A DNA stretch of 64,000 nt, taken from NCBI RefSeq assembly GCF_006345805.1, contig NC_043014.1, positions 9,052,001 to 9,116,000 on the forward strand, given 5' to 3'. Under the pieces are notes generated by a model that saw only the letters and a list, made by a program, of their open reading frames with translations, was not told where the DNA came from and made no database searches. How positions within the stretch are numbered: position 1 is the stretch's first letter; each line of letters opens with the position of its first letter. Of the stretch, positions 49,626-63,066 are shown piece after piece. Source of the stretch: Octopus sinensis (Eukaryota). The position numbers and the translations under genes are program-made.

Positions 49626-51195
49626 GTGGAGACAGACACCCTCGCACATACATACAAGAATGCATATTCGTACACTCTTTGTTAATATGCTTTCTTCAAT
49701 TTGAAAAAGGGATTCTTTCACGAAATAATTCTGGATTTTAATCCGTTTATGCAGGGCTATAGAATATCATATAACTTTATTTTTATGCTTTCTACATGTA
49801 TCTTTTCGTATTTTGCTTAATCTCTTAATTTCATTGCCTAAAGACATTGTTTCAACAATGCTCGTACATATAAATTCTCAGGAACATATTATTTAAAGGC
49901 TTGCAACAGGCACGTTAAATATATCATAAACGCATCATACAGTATACCATAGAAATTAACTTTTGTTGACTTCTTGTATTTCGAACATGTGGAGTTACTA
50001 GTCTCTAACGCTCTGCACTACGACACACATTTTCAGTAAGGTGGAGTGTCGCTGTGTGAAATAAGATGCCAAGAAGCTCCTGCCACACGTCGCACCATCC
50101 GGGTATCGAGTCTGGATATAGTAATCTTGGGTCCAAGAGACTAAGCATTTGGGCATAAGCATTCATTTTCAATGTATAGGAAATATCTAATGATGGAAAC
50201 AATTTGCTGTGACCGAGTTAATGAATAAATTTAAATTGTATTTATATAAAGATTTCATACTCTTTATTTGGTTGTGTGAGTAATTCATTACTGCGTTGTT
50301 TATTGCTCATTAGTTGTTTTGCCTAAAAGACACACGCAGCTAGGTATGAAATAGAAAAAAATAATTACCATAATTTGAAAGATGTTGGGCTGCATATCCA
50401 CAGTTGCAAATTGAAGTGTTTACTGTAAAGTGCAAGGTAGAATGTTTAGGCATTAATTCAATAGATAATTAAATGTTAATTGTTAATGAGTAATTATACG
50501 CGTTAAATTAAAAAGCAATCATTATCTTTATTAGGGAAGAAAATGAGGATAAAATAATTTATCCGACAAGCTTATCTATTCCTAAGAATAATCGTGAATC
50601 AGGATGGATTTTCAAGACAATTAGAAGAAAAAATGATTAATCAACGAAAATTACACAGGTGTATTGTTTTATTCTGATTTCTCAAAAACTCAATTTTAAT
50701 AAGAAACAATTTGTGGCACAATAGGTTTTCATTTAGGCTGGCGAATAAAAGCAATTTTCTGTTATCTTGTATTTGTTTCAGTTATAGGATTTCCGCGATT
50801 GTAGGGCCCCACCTGGAAGCATTTGGTATTTCTTTATTACCCACTAGGGGCGACACAGAGGGGACACCACAAGACATTGGGGACATAGAACATTATAATT
50901 AAATTTATGAACAATGAATTATTAAATGAAAAAATGATAATATGAAAGCGATGCTAACAGCCCCATCCGCCAGCATCACTTACCTGTCCTTAATCACCCA
51001 TTTCCAAATACAATTCCTTCCTTTCTTATCACACTCTTCGTTTTCCTTTCATACTTCTCTATCATTTCATCCTGCATTTCATCAATTTTATACCCTCTTC
51101 CTCACGCTTCCTCACCAATGTGTCCATAAATTCATCTTTCAAAACCGCGTAACCTGGAAGCATTTGGTCGAACAAATCACCTCTAATCTCTTCTC

Positions 51196-51565
51196 TCTAT
51201 ATATAAATGGCAGTTTGTCTGTGTGTGTTTCTGTGTGTCTGTTAGCTTGTACCCTCACCCTGACCACGGCTTTCAACTGATTCTGATGAAACTTGACACA
51301 CACATAGCCCAATGTCATAATTCAAAACTAGCGTAGAGAAAATTTTGAAAAGTTCCCCCAGTTCTGAAAAAAAAAATAAATTCGACATGGGGGTCGAGAA
51401 TTAGAAACACAAACCACAGACTGTCTAGGGGACGCAACTCGACCGTTTTAACTCTCAAAAAAAATTTACCATAATTTGTTTTCCATTTTTTTGGCTATAA
51501 CTCTCTAAAAATGCTTTATAGTTATTTCCCTTACAAACCTGAGCAACGCCGGGCGATACTGCTAG
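51196..51565 (+). mobile_element. Non-autonomous Helitron (mosaic)
   Basis: TC start, hairpin plus CTAG end; 5' half like 37.9-38.1 kb, 3' end like 47.3-47.45 kb. Confidence 0.78.
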
Positions 51566-51865
51566 TACTTTTTAATTACGCTCTTCGCACGAAGAGAGCA
51601 GCGACGTTTCTTTACAACTGTTTCAGTTTTACATAACGAAAGATCTAAGATACATATTCTAAGGAGTTCAAATTCATCGTGCGTTTATCTATATGTCATG
51701 CTGTGAGAACGAATAAATAAATACACGCACACATACATGTGATGGCTGCAGACTTGTGTTCAAGTATTGCCATTGCCTGATCGAAAGTCCCGCACATCCG
51801 AGGGCTACGACCAACTGTTTTTGTGGTAGGTCTTACATTTTTTCAAGCGATGCCTGTACATGATG

Positions 51866-52005
51866 ATTCTTCTTCTTTTTTTTTCTTCTTCCTCTTCTCT
51901 TCCTCCTCCTCCTTCTCTTCTTCCTTCTCCTCTTCTTCCTCCTCCTTCTTCTCCTCCTTCTTATCATTATCATTATTATTATTATTATCATTATTGTTAT
52001 TGTTA

Positions 52006-52039
<34 letters not shown>

Positions 52040-52082
52040 CAGTATTATTATTATTATCAGTATTATTATTATTATTATTATT
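51866..52082. repeat. (TCT/CCT)n-(ATT)n microsatellite
   Basis: Direct inspection. Confidence 0.95.
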
Positions 52083-52296
52083 GAGTGAGAGAGCAGTGCA
52101 TGCCATCAAAGTGACACTGGGGTAAAATATGCGAAGCCCAGTTTACCCATCATGACTGCCCGTCTGATAAGGGTACACCAGGCACATGCATCACAACCAT
52201 ATGTGCACGACATGGTGATCACATATCAAGATAAACAGCATATGACCTTGCATTTCTTCTGGTCGAGTAACCCATCCCGCTCAAAAGGTCCCCGAA
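52078..52296 (-). mobile_element. 3' end of the (TAA)n-tailed repeat family
   Basis: Ends ...ctctctcactcaataataat on the minus strand; overlaps in sequence with 4900-4985. Confidence 0.55.
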
Positions 52297-52339
52297 TAAT
52301 TTATTATTATTATTATTGTTGTTGTTGTTATTATTATTA

Positions 52340-52750
52340 GCGTGGAAAAAGGATTTGCACAAACCCAATCCCACTCCCTGAACATGGCCAACATAAACTC
52401 GAAAAGAAGAACTAGTCTACATCATCGCATATTGTCAGTGTCACAGGTTTTCTCTCCGACTTTCTCTCTCCTAGAGAGATGTTGTGACATAAACACAGGA
52501 GTCTCCCACACCCAGGGGGCCAACCTCGCCCCTGGACGCCGACTCAGATATTTCCATGTCCCCGCACATATATGCAAGCTTATATACACATATTGTTGGA
52601 TGGCCGTTTATTGCTCATGAGCTCTTCCATCTTGCAGGGTGTCCAACAATAACCCACCTCACCAAGCAAGCTCGACGGAGTTGCCAGTTGAGTCGCCGAT
52701 GATCCGACCATGCAACAGTTTATACTGGGTTACATGTTAAAGCGACCTGA
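52340..52750 (-). mobile_element. Second copy of the 28096-28560 family
   Basis: Collinear motifs aacggccatccaa, gcggggacat, ctaggagag, gagtgggattg. Confidence 0.6.
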
Positions 52751-52827
52751 CATATCGAACATATATGCATAATACTCACACATGTATGTATACATAGACA
52801 CTCAAAAGCTTATCTTCAAAGAATATC

Positions 52828-53235
52828 TATTTCTTTATTGCCTACAGGGAGATAAACATAGAAGGTACAAACAAACGTATTAAGTCGATTACATCGACCC
52901 CAATGCATAACTGGTACTTATTTAATCGACCCCCAAAAGGATGAAAGGCAAAGTCAAACTCGGCGGAATTTGAACTCAGAACGTAACGGCAGACGAAATA
53001 CCTATTTCTTTACTACCCACAAGGGGCTAAACACAGAGGGGACAAAGAAGGACAGGAAAACGGGTTAAGTCGATTACATCGACCACAGTGCGTAACTGGT
53101 ACTTAATTTATCGACCCCGAAAGGATGAAAAGTAAAGTCGACCTCGGCGGAATTTGGACTCAGAACCTAATAGAAGACGAAATACCGCTAAGCATTTCGC
53201 CCTGCGTGCTACCGTTTCTGCCAGCTCGCCGCCTT
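52828..53235 (-). mobile_element. SINE E dimer within one 18-bp TSD
   Basis: TSD ttatcttcaaagaatatc at 52810-52827 and 53236-53253; junction gaaatacctatttc near 53001. Confidence 0.9.
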
Positions 53236-54219
53236 TTATCTTCAAAGAATATCGTTGGAGAAGAACTGCAGCGAGTAACGTGGCAAATTTCATGTATATG
53301 TATCGAGGACTGTCAAACCTGGATGAAATTAAATATATAAAAATCATTGGCGGCAGTTGAAATAACTGAAATAGAGAAATTACTGAGAAGCACAAAGAAA
53401 AGTTACAATTGATATTTCAAAGATAAGAAGAACCAGTTTATGTAACACGATAAATGTTTATTTATCGCAGAAGGAAGTACGAAGGAAATATCAAATAGAT
53501 ATTCATTAATGCATCTGCATAAGATGAAATTATTGTATTTCGTAGAAATATATTTACAGATCTAAAAGCCATTATATGTAGATTAACTAAATGGAGGTCG
53601 AGTTTTATTCGTTGTTGTGGAGACTGGATCTTAACATCATCGTCTCACCAAAAACTTATGGCTGATGTTTATGTTCTTAAACATCCAACTATGCATCATT
53701 GAAGTTTTACGATTTTAAAGATTCGATAAAGTAGGATATAAAAGTACAGAAGCTACTTAAAAATATATAGTGAAAGTTTGTATACCGGTAATATTTGAGA
53801 TGTAATTGTAGGGAAAGTAACGTGCAATGTTTTATAGTTGTGAGAGAGAGAAATGGTTTTCTCCTCGAAGAAAATGCTTTTAGAACGATCATCAGTCATT
53901 TCAATATGTGAAGCTGTTGACTCAACCAAACCAATAACTTTACGCTAAACCAACCAGTATATTAATGATGTAAGGCTTCCTAGCTCTGTGAATTTGTATG
54001 GGATACATCATCTTCTGTAGTCCTTTTAAAGTCATTATCAAAAGTACATGTGAAGTGAATGTGGCAAACCCTCTGCCACACCATAAATTTACTCAGGGTT
54101 TTGATGGTTTGACACAAAGAGAGGATGAATTGGTGTGCATAGACTCACTCATTGATGGAACTCTCCTAAACTAGAAAGTTACAAAGTCGAATAATAAAAA
54201 CAACCTTGTTACTCTCTCC

Positions 54220-54326
54220 TTTACTTGTTTCAGTCATTTGACTGTGGTCATGCTGGGGCACCGCCTTTAGTCGAGCAAATTGATCGCAGGTCTTATTCTT
54301 TGTAAGCCTAGTACTTATTCTATCGG
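54220..54326 (-). mobile_element. SINE A 3' fragment
   Basis: Homology. Confidence 0.75.
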
Positions 54327-54534
54327 AATTTTTGGGTTCAAAGACACGGATAGTGTGCGTAAAAGAATATAGTTTATATTTATAAAAATGTGTTTTGCTG
54401 TCCACAGAATGTTATATAAAATAGAAACAGCTAAGGTAGCTTCTGTACACTTATATAATTAAATGGATATCTACTTTGAGGTAAAATTTCAAGTCGCTCA
54501 CTGCTGTTCTTTTAAAGGATAACTGGAAGTTGTC

Positions 54535-54687
54535 GCTGTGTGGTAAGTAGCTTGCTAACCAACTACATGGTTCCGGGTTCAGTCCCACTGCGTGGCATCT
54601 TGGGCAAGTGTCTTTTGCTATAGCCCCGGGCCGACCAATGCCTTGTGAGTGGATTTGGTAGATGGTAACTGAAAGAAGCCTGTCGTA

Positions 54688-54748
<61 letters not shown>

Positions 54749-54990
54749 TGTGTGTGGTGTGTGTGTGTGTGTTTCCGTGTCTGTGTTTGTCCCCCTAGCA
54801 TTGCTTGACAACCGATGCTGGTGTGTTTACGTCCCCGTCACTTAGCGATTCGGCAAAAGGCACCGATAGAATAAGTACTGGGCTTACAAAGAATAAGTCC
54901 TGGGGTCGAGTTGCTTGACTAAAGGCGGTGCTCCATCATGGCCACAGTCATATGACTGAAACAAGTAAAAGAGTAAAAAGAGTAAAAGAG
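54535..54990 (+). mobile_element. SINE family A
   Basis: Homology; tail (aaaagagt)x3. Confidence 0.9.
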
Positions 54991-55229
54991 TATATGCTAT
55001 GTTTACGGGGAATACTTGGTGTAACGATGGTTAAGTAAATGAAAATTGGAGGAAAATATAATTTACTGTTAAAACAGGTGAGACACCAATCGTGTATAAT
55101 TGTACTAAGGAGAAATGTGTTGGTAAATTAATGAAAGAAGATTTCTCTCACTTCGTCTCACTGTCTGTCTCTTGGTTTCTGTCCTTTTCACTCTTGGTAT
55201 TTTTTTATCTGTCTTTCTGTCACTCACTA

Positions 55230-55332
55230 CGCACACACACACACACACACATGCAACACACACATGCACACACACACACACACACACATGCACACACACA
55301 CATGCACACACACACATGCACACACACACATG

Positions 55333-55363
<31 letters not shown>

Positions 55364-55529
55364 CTACATTCATACACACACGCACTCACGCACGCAGACA
55401 CACACTCACACACAAACACACACAAACACACACACACAAACACAAACGCACACACACACACATACACACACACACACACAAACACACACACGCACACACA
55501 CAAACACACAAACACACACAACACACACA

Positions 55530-55568
<39 letters not shown>

Positions 55569-55615
55569 CTACACACGCGCACTCACGCACGCAGACACAC
55601 ACGCACACACACATT
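55230..55615. repeat. (CA)n microsatellite
   Basis: Direct inspection. Confidence 0.95.
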
Positions 55616-55828
55616 TGACAAATTTCCCTCATGCTTGAATTTCTCTCCCCCCCCCCCTCATCGATATGAATCGTGCCTCTCGCAGATTCTGTTTCCTTTC
55701 TCTCCTTTTATTCATATTTCTTTCTCTCACTCCATCTTCCTATCTTTATCTTCATCTCATTAGCGTAGCCGTGCCTAAAATACTTTATTTTCTCCCTTTT
55801 TTCAGTGACACCTAAACGCTATTTTTTT

Positions 55829-56210
55829 AGGAGCACTCCGTCGGTTACGACGACGAGGGTTCCGGTTGATCCGAATCAAAGGAACAGCCTGCTCGTGAAA
55901 TTAACGTGTAAGTGGCTGAGCACTCCACAGACACGTGTACCCTTAACGTAGTTCTCGGGGATATTCAGCGTGACACAGAGAGTGACAAGGCCGGCCCTTT
56001 GAAATACAGGTACAACAGAAACAGGAAGTAAGAGTGAGAGAAAGTTGTGGTGAAAGAGTACAGCAGGGATCACCACCATCCCCTGTCGGAGCCTCGTGGA
56101 GCTTTAGGTGTTTTCGCTCAATAAACACTCCCAATGCCCGGTCTGGAAATCGAAGCCGCGATCCTACGACTGTGAGTCCGCTGCCCTAACCACTGGGTCA
56201 TTGCGCCTCC
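55829..56210 (-). mobile_element. SINE B, full length, 15-bp TSD
   Basis: TSD acacctaaacgctat at 55808-55822 and 56211-56225. Confidence 0.92.
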
Positions 56211-56562
56211 ACACCTAAACGCTATATCTATATACGAAAGCGTTTTCCTGGCCAAATGTAAGTTTTCCTTTACGATAAGTGAATACTTTCCTGAGAGAAA
56301 AGAGAAAACTTTTAATGATACGTAAATTCTGTTTCATAAAGAATCTATTTCTGCGCGAAGAGTACCAATTCCTCATTAATTTCTTCGTTTTACTCGATTC
56401 CACAGAGGTTCAGCTTGACGTGTTCGCATGTTTAATAGAATCTTGGAAATCCGCGGAACTTTTGACCGGCAGGTGCTAAAAACCAATTTGACTAATGGTA
56501 TGAGTTCCACAAGTCGCTTTTAACTGGTGTTCTTCAAAAAGAAATTATCATAATAATATTCC

Positions 56563-56758
56563 TTTCTACTCTAGGCACAAGGCTCGAAATTTTGGAGGTG
56601 GAGGGTAGTCGATCAGATCAACCCCAGTACGTAACTGGAGTCGATCTGATCGATCTGGTATAAAAGGCGGTGTCGACCTCGGCAGAATTTGAAATCCTAA
56701 CGTTTGTGTTTACGTTCTGAGTTCAAATTCCGCCGAGGTCGACTTTGCTTTTCATCTT
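56563..56758. mobile_element. SINE E (alternative tail, minus strand) joined to an inverted E fragment
   Basis: 56672-56693 is the reverse complement of 56722-56743 (one mismatch). Confidence 0.7.
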
Positions 56759-56855
56759 TGTGCCTACAATATTGTCATTAATGATTTGTTATTTAAAGAA
56801 AAGTAATTATTTTCAGCTTAACATTTAATTAGGTTAACAGTTTTGTTCATTATTT

Positions 56856-57579
56856 ACATTATTTACATTTGACGGATATTTGCCCTCATCTTGTTTGTTG
56901 TTAACACAACGTTTCGTCTGATATACCCTCCAGCCTTCATCAGGGGTTTTGGGGAAATTTCGAACGTGGGTTCTCGTTTCTAAGGTATTTTCGATGTTGT
57001 TGTTGTTATTATTATTATCATTCAGTAGTTTTATTTTTATAGCGTCCTTTCACTTCACTACCGAGCGCAGCTCTGTGTGCCTTGTATTGAAAGTGTTCTG
57101 CGTAGGATGTGTGCAGTGCCTAGTAGTGCAATTTTCTGTATATTATATGTGTTTGTAAGTCCTGGTTTTTTTATTATGTATTTGTCTGAATAGTTTTTTA
57201 TCATGCATAATGCACCTATTATGATAGGAATTGTTTCTGTTTATAGATTCCACATTCTAGTTACCTCTATTTCCAGGTCTTTGTATTCTGAAAGCTTCTC
57301 CATTTCTTTTAGGGACATGTCATCTGCTATTATTATTATATTATTATTATTATTATTATTGTTGTTATTATTATTCAGGTAACTGCCTGGAATTTCAGGC
57401 AATGACCTGAACCTGAACAACAACAACAACAACAACAATAATAATAACATCAAAAGGATGAGAACCCAGGTTTGAAATTTCTCCAAGACACCTGACGATG
57501 GCTGGAGGGTATATCCGGTGAGACGTTGTGTTAACAACAAACAAGAAGAGGGAAAATATCCGTCCAATGTAAATAATGT
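56856..57579. mobile_element. Fold-back Penelope-LTR-like element with a degenerate hammerhead in each arm
   Basis: Arms 56856-56975 and 57460-57579; CUGAUGA..GAAACGUU on minus at 56903-56948; CUGACGA..GAGACGUU on plus at 57487-57532. Confidence 0.65.
57023..57327 (-). mobile_element. R4/Dong 3' fragment (family of 2944-3885) nested in an AAT tract
   Basis: ADDMSLKEMEKLSEYKDLEIEVTRMWNL; same 3' end; internal deletion in the UTR. Confidence 0.85.
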
Positions 57580-57954
57580 ACATAATACCTCATCTCTTAA
57601 ATATAGAATCGTAACAGACAGTTTTTTCATGATGGTATGGAAAAGAAATCTTGAGATATTTCTCGCATGTATTCTCTTTTCTCCGTACTTAATTAATCGT
57701 CAGTGATTATGCTAATGAATATTTATATTTAAATGAGGTCGAGACCATAGTCATTACATGCAAATTTTGATCCCATTTATCAATAGAACTTAATATTTTC
57801 TTCACCAAATTGCGTCTTTGCTTATTGTTGTAAATAACTTCAGCTTCTGAGAAGCCAATTTAGTGCACAATAAATTATATTAATTAAACCGCTTATGAAT
57901 AATTTCTTTAGCAAGCTATATAATTTCCTACGTTGTTTATACATAGAATACGTT

Positions 57955-58290
57955 GGAGGCACAATGGCCCAGTGGTTAGGGCAGCGGACTCGCGGTCATA
58001 GGATCGCGGTTGTGAGTGTTTATTGAGCGAAAACACCTAAAGCTCCACGAGGCTCCGGCAGGGATGGTGGTGATCCCTGCTGTACTCTTTCATCACAACT
58101 TTCTCTCACTCTTACTTCCTGTTTCTGTTGTACCTGTATTTCAAAGGGCCGGCCTTGTCACTCTCTGTGTCACGCTGAATATCCCCGAGAACTACGTTAA
58201 GGGTACACGTGTCTGTGGAGTGCTCAGCCACTTACACGTTAATTTCACGAGCAGGCTGCTCCGTTGATTCGTAACCGACGAAGTGCTTCC
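57955..58290 (+). mobile_element. SINE B with small internal deletions
   Basis: Homology; possible TSD acgttgg at 57950-57956 and 58291-58297. Confidence 0.88.
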
Positions 58291-59240
58291 ACGTTGGTTT
58301 ATATTATAATACCTGGTCAAACTTATAACAACTATTTATTAAAATTTATGCTTAGCATACAACATAGGAACTCCTGTTGGCTCCTGATTGCGCTGATCGG
58401 CCACTAGTTATTTGCCTGATCTGAAATACGCGCTTAAAACTAAATTAAAGAGGTGAGCAAATGTTGAATTTTATCTTACTGTAGGAGTTTATTGTGCAGT
58501 ATTGTATGTTATTATATTTCAATTCATCGTGGCTATATTTTAAAACGTATTTTCTTTTTCACCTCATTAAGACTGTTAACTCAGCATCGGCACAGCGTAA
58601 ATGGAAGCAAGAGTCTTTTCAAGAAATCGGAAATGGAAGATTTAGCAAGATCTGAAAAGGGGTGAGGGTATAAAGCAGCTTCCATTCTGAAATATTGATT
58701 GGATGGATTTCCTTCGCAAAGAGACATTATAAACCTGTTCACACTTGGTTTTTCCGATAAAAATGACCAAGGACAAAGGAGTACATTACCTTAGAACTCA
58801 GTAGCATAAACCTGAATTCAAGTATTTTGTTGATTTCTTTTCTCAGGTAGTCCCAGTTTAATTGCTGCCAAAATTGGCATTAACGTGTTTTATTGCTCAG
58901 CATGAGAACAATCCAGTTTCAGAGGTTGTAATAAAGAATATGCTGATTGTCTTTGTGATTCGATTGCATTCAAAGGATAATATTCAGTGCATTAGGAGGT
59001 TGATTGTGAGAAATAAACTTAATGCTGAAAACAAATATATCAGAACAGCAAGCAACAGTTATTATTTCATGAAAATTTCATTTCATTTATTTTGATTGGA
59101 GCATTAACGGTTCTCATATGATAGGCTCTGCAGAACACGTTTATGCTAGATGGGCACAAATATGTAAGGTAGTATCAAAAGGTCTCTCTTTCGTCGTCAA
59201 ACTAGCGTCCAAAAATATTCTATATGACATTGATAGTCCA

Positions 59241-59416
59241 TGTTGTTGTTAAGCAACAAAACGGGTAAGGGTGATTAGGGGCGGACCTTGGAAAAAAAAA
59301 ATCTTTGGTCGTCTTGTTGTAGTCGAGGGCTCTTCGTTGACGCCCGACACCACAGGGAGGTGGCCCTCGAAGCCGCTGGAAATAGAAATCTCCAGGTCCA
59401 AATTCTTGAACGGCTT
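59241..59416 (-). mobile_element. Second copy of the (CAA)n-tailed repeat
   Basis: Homology to 27185-27400. Confidence 0.6.
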
Positions 59417-59802
59417 GATAGTCGATTGCGCGAGGGTGACAGAGGGATAGATTTAGTTACATTGTCCGCAAATATGTTAGGTAGACTTTCATTGCGCTTT
59501 AAGCAAAGGGAGCAGGTATGCAAATGCTGGCCTTAAAAAAAACTTGAAAATGAGATAAAAAAGATTATGCATATGCGTTAGATTTTATACAAGAAAATTT
59601 CAGCATCCCTTGCATAATATGAAATCGATGTAGACAACAAAAGTCGATGCATTGTTTGTTAACTTTATGGACAATCCTGAAGACAAGAAATGTTTCTTTC
59701 CGGAATGAAGTCAAAGGCTGGTTCCAGATTTTTAGCTCGGCCAGCATGTTCAAGGGAATGGATAAATCTACTACTTTGGCTTCAGTGCTCAACTACAACT
59801 TA

Positions 59803-59912
59803 ATTTATCTATCCCAAACCGATGAAAGGCAAAGCCGACCTCAGTAAAATTCGAACTCAGAACGTAAAAAAGGGGACGAGATGCCGCTAAGCATTTTGCT
59901 CGGCATGTTAAC
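59803..59912 (-). mobile_element. SINE E fragment, diverged
   Basis: gatgaaaggcaaagccgacctc...gaactcagaacgt. Confidence 0.65.
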
Positions 59913-60350
59913 AATTAAATTACTGTCTTTGATCGAAGTCATATATTACATCACAAACCTCTCTAGGCTATTGCTGCAATTCCTTAAAATGGTCAATAAG
60001 AATTTCCTGAAAACATTTGTTACAATCTCTATTTATTGATTAGTTTTACCACACCTCTGATGAACTTCATTTCTACCTTTAATTCCTTTTGAATCCTGTT
60101 CCCTCCAAAATATCTATCCCTTATTCCCCCAACAGCTCGTCATAAGTTACAAAGTCTGACAGCATATTGCTATCCATCCCCACTTCGCACATCCCGTATA
60201 CACTTTTGTATTTTGACACTTTCTTATCTTTTTGTTCCCCTGAAAGTAACATGCAAACGTGTCACCCCTCAACGTTATCGAATCCCTTTGTTTCCACTTT
60301 TTAAAAAATCTTTCCAAATTATTACCTCACTATACAAATCTTCATTAGCA

Positions 60351-60770
60351 TACTCTTTACTCTTTTACTCTCTTACTTGTTTCAGTCATTTGACTGCGGC
60401 CATGCTGGAGCACCGCCTTTAATCGAGCAACTCGACCCCGATCTTATTCTTTTGTAAGCCCAGTACTTATTCTATCGGTCGCTTTTGCCGAACCGCTAAG
60501 TGACGGGGACGTAAACACACCAATATCGGTTGTCAAGCGATGTTGGGTGAGGGGGGCAAACACAACACACAAACATACACACACATATATATATATATAT
60601 ACATATATACGACGGGCTTCTTTCAGTTTCCGTCTACCAAATCCACTCACAAGGCATTGGTCGGCCCGGGGCTATAGCAGAAGACATTTGCCCAAGATTC
60701 CACGCAGTGGGACTGAACCCGGAACCATGTGGTTGGTTAGCAAGCTACTTACCACACAGCCACACCTGCG
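60351..60770 (-). mobile_element. SINE family A, full length
   Basis: Homology from head to tail. Confidence 0.9.
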
Positions 60771-61672
60771 CGTCATCATAATTAATACAGTACATTTTTC
60801 TTTATTGTGTGGGGAAGAAAGCTAGTGCTTTCTTTTTTGTTTTTATATCGGAAAGGAGTGGTTAGGTTTGGTGTCTGTAGTGGAGGGTAACACTTAGAAG
60901 GTGTGGTGGCTGTGGGTAGGAGGTCCAAATACGCTAGACACATTATACGTCTTCGTACGTATATTGTGAAAACGCAACTTTATTGCTACACATTACAAAA
61001 AGATTCAGAATACGAGGTGGTGGTTAGAAGAAACGGAAGTGGTAGAATGGAGGAAAAAGAAAGAAAGAGATAGAAAAGATAGAATATGAAAGAAGATAAC
61101 AGCGTTCACGAAAGTATCTAACGATATAGAGAAGTAGAATGAAAAGAAAGGGAAAGATTAAGGAAATGACACACCTAAACTTTACGCATAAAAGCCAAGC
61201 CCGTGAACGCATGTATAACATATATATACATACTCACTTAAGCGAAAACGTATACAATAGTAAAATACATGTAAGCATGCATATAGATACACAGATTATA
61301 TAAGATTATATATATATATATATATATACTTTATTTTAAGCAGCAGAAAATTCAACAAAATCTGTTACTCTGAGTTTCTCGTTGCCGTTCATGAGACAGT
61401 TTTTGCTAGAATGGAACTGATATATCAATTCAATCTATACTCTTACAAACGCTACACCTTTAAAAAGAAATGGACTTGTTTGATTGGCCCTTTAGAAAAA
61501 ACGATCAATCTTCGAGCGATAAACAAAAAGGTCAAAAATATATGTATATATATATAAAAAAACTTATAAAAATTATAAAATCCGAGGAAAAAACCTATTG
61601 ACGTTAATGAAGACAGTGCAAATTAATGCATAGAAATTAAACCTGTTATAAATACTGTTATAAAGAGCCAAG

Positions 61673-62041
61673 GTGCAAGTGGAAGGCTCAACGGAATACA
61701 AGACATACACAGGGGCTTCAGAAAATTCATTTAAAACAAGATTTTATTCTCATAAAAATTCATTTAAATACCCAGAGAATAGGAAGAAAACCAGCCTAGC
61801 AAAATATGTCTGGGAACTAAAAGAAAAGGAAGCCCCACCTTTCAACGTGACATGGAGCATTCTGGACAGGGCGGCACCATACAGGCATGGAGCTTACAAA
61901 AATAATTTCAAGTGCAGACTTCGTCTATTAGAAAAATTGTACATCTTATTCAAAGAAGTGAATCAAAGAAGTGAGTTAATGAACTTATGTAGGCACGCGG
62001 CTCAATTTAAAATGTCGAATATAAATATACCATATGGATAG
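61673..62041 (+). pseudogene. GIY-YIG endonuclease C-terminal remnant (Penelope, Neptune-like)
   Basis: KTYTGASENSFKTRFYSHKNSF...TSLAKYVWELK...WSILDRAAPY...CRL.LLEK...RSELMNLCRH, the pattern of PLE endonuclease ends. Confidence 0.8.
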
Positions 62042-63066
62042 AGTATATATTTTTGATTTTTGATTTTGATTTTGACTCTTGAGCGCTATGATGGATTTTG
62101 ATTTTGTTTCCAAGCTATGCGGATCTTAATCCGTATAGCAAAGTCTTATGTTTCTACATATATATTAGGAAAAACCTACAAACTTTGTTTTCATGTTATT
62201 GTATTGCATAGGATTACCTTGATTATTTATATTACCTTGATTATTTATAAATGACCCAAAATAGGATGTTATATTTTATTTTATATGTCTTTCGTATATA
62301 TTTTTATTAATGCACCCATTTTTAAAAGCAATGTTTTTTAAAAAAAAGCAATGTTGTCAAAATTAGAATGTTTATATAAGTATGTGTATAGCAAAGTATA
62401 TGTATTTGTAAGCATGCGTATCTGTAAGTGAAAGTATGTTTGTGCTTAAGCACACATATACACGACGGTATGTATATGTATCCATTCAAACTTGTGTATG
62501 TATACTGGTCTCTATAGATGCCAATAACATAGTTACACTGCTTGTATACATAAGTTTTTTTCCCCACCCCTCCTTCGTTCCTTGTTCTCTCTTTCCCTTT
62601 CTTTCGTTCCCCCTCCTTGCTCAGTATATGAGAATTGCTACATAGATGAATTTTAGCTTGCGTGCGAGACGGTTTGCGTGAATATATGTACACATGCTTT
62701 TATGTGTATATTTAGATTCATATTCATACGTCTGTATATGTATGTATGGCGTTTACGCGCATCCTTTTGTGTATGTTGATATATATATGTAGATTTTAAT
62801 ATAAATATGTATTGCAGTATTTATAACAGGTTTAATTCTATGCATTAATTTGCACTGTCTTCATTAACGTCAATAGGTTTTTTCCTCGGATTTTATAATT
62901 TTTATAAGTTTTTTTATATATATATACATATATTTTTGACCTTTTTGTTTATCGCTCGAAGATTGACCGTTTTTTCTAAAGGGCCAATCAAACAAGTCCA
63001 TTTCTTTTTAAAGGTGTAGCGTTTGTAAGAGTATAGATTGAATTGATATATCAGTTACATTCTAGC

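Noticed and set aside
10901-58267. Recurrent ORF MVVIPAVLFHHNFLSLLLPVSVV... at 10901, 15421, 55876 and 58016
   Set aside because: Internal to SINE B copies; recurrence reflects the repeat, not a gene family.
3536-60070. Other CTGATGA/CTGACGA heptamers (about 3541, 4762, 36462, 49111, 51283, 60057)
   Set aside because: No stem II plus GAAA plus NUH geometry downstream; most lie within LINE, mariner or Helitron sequence.
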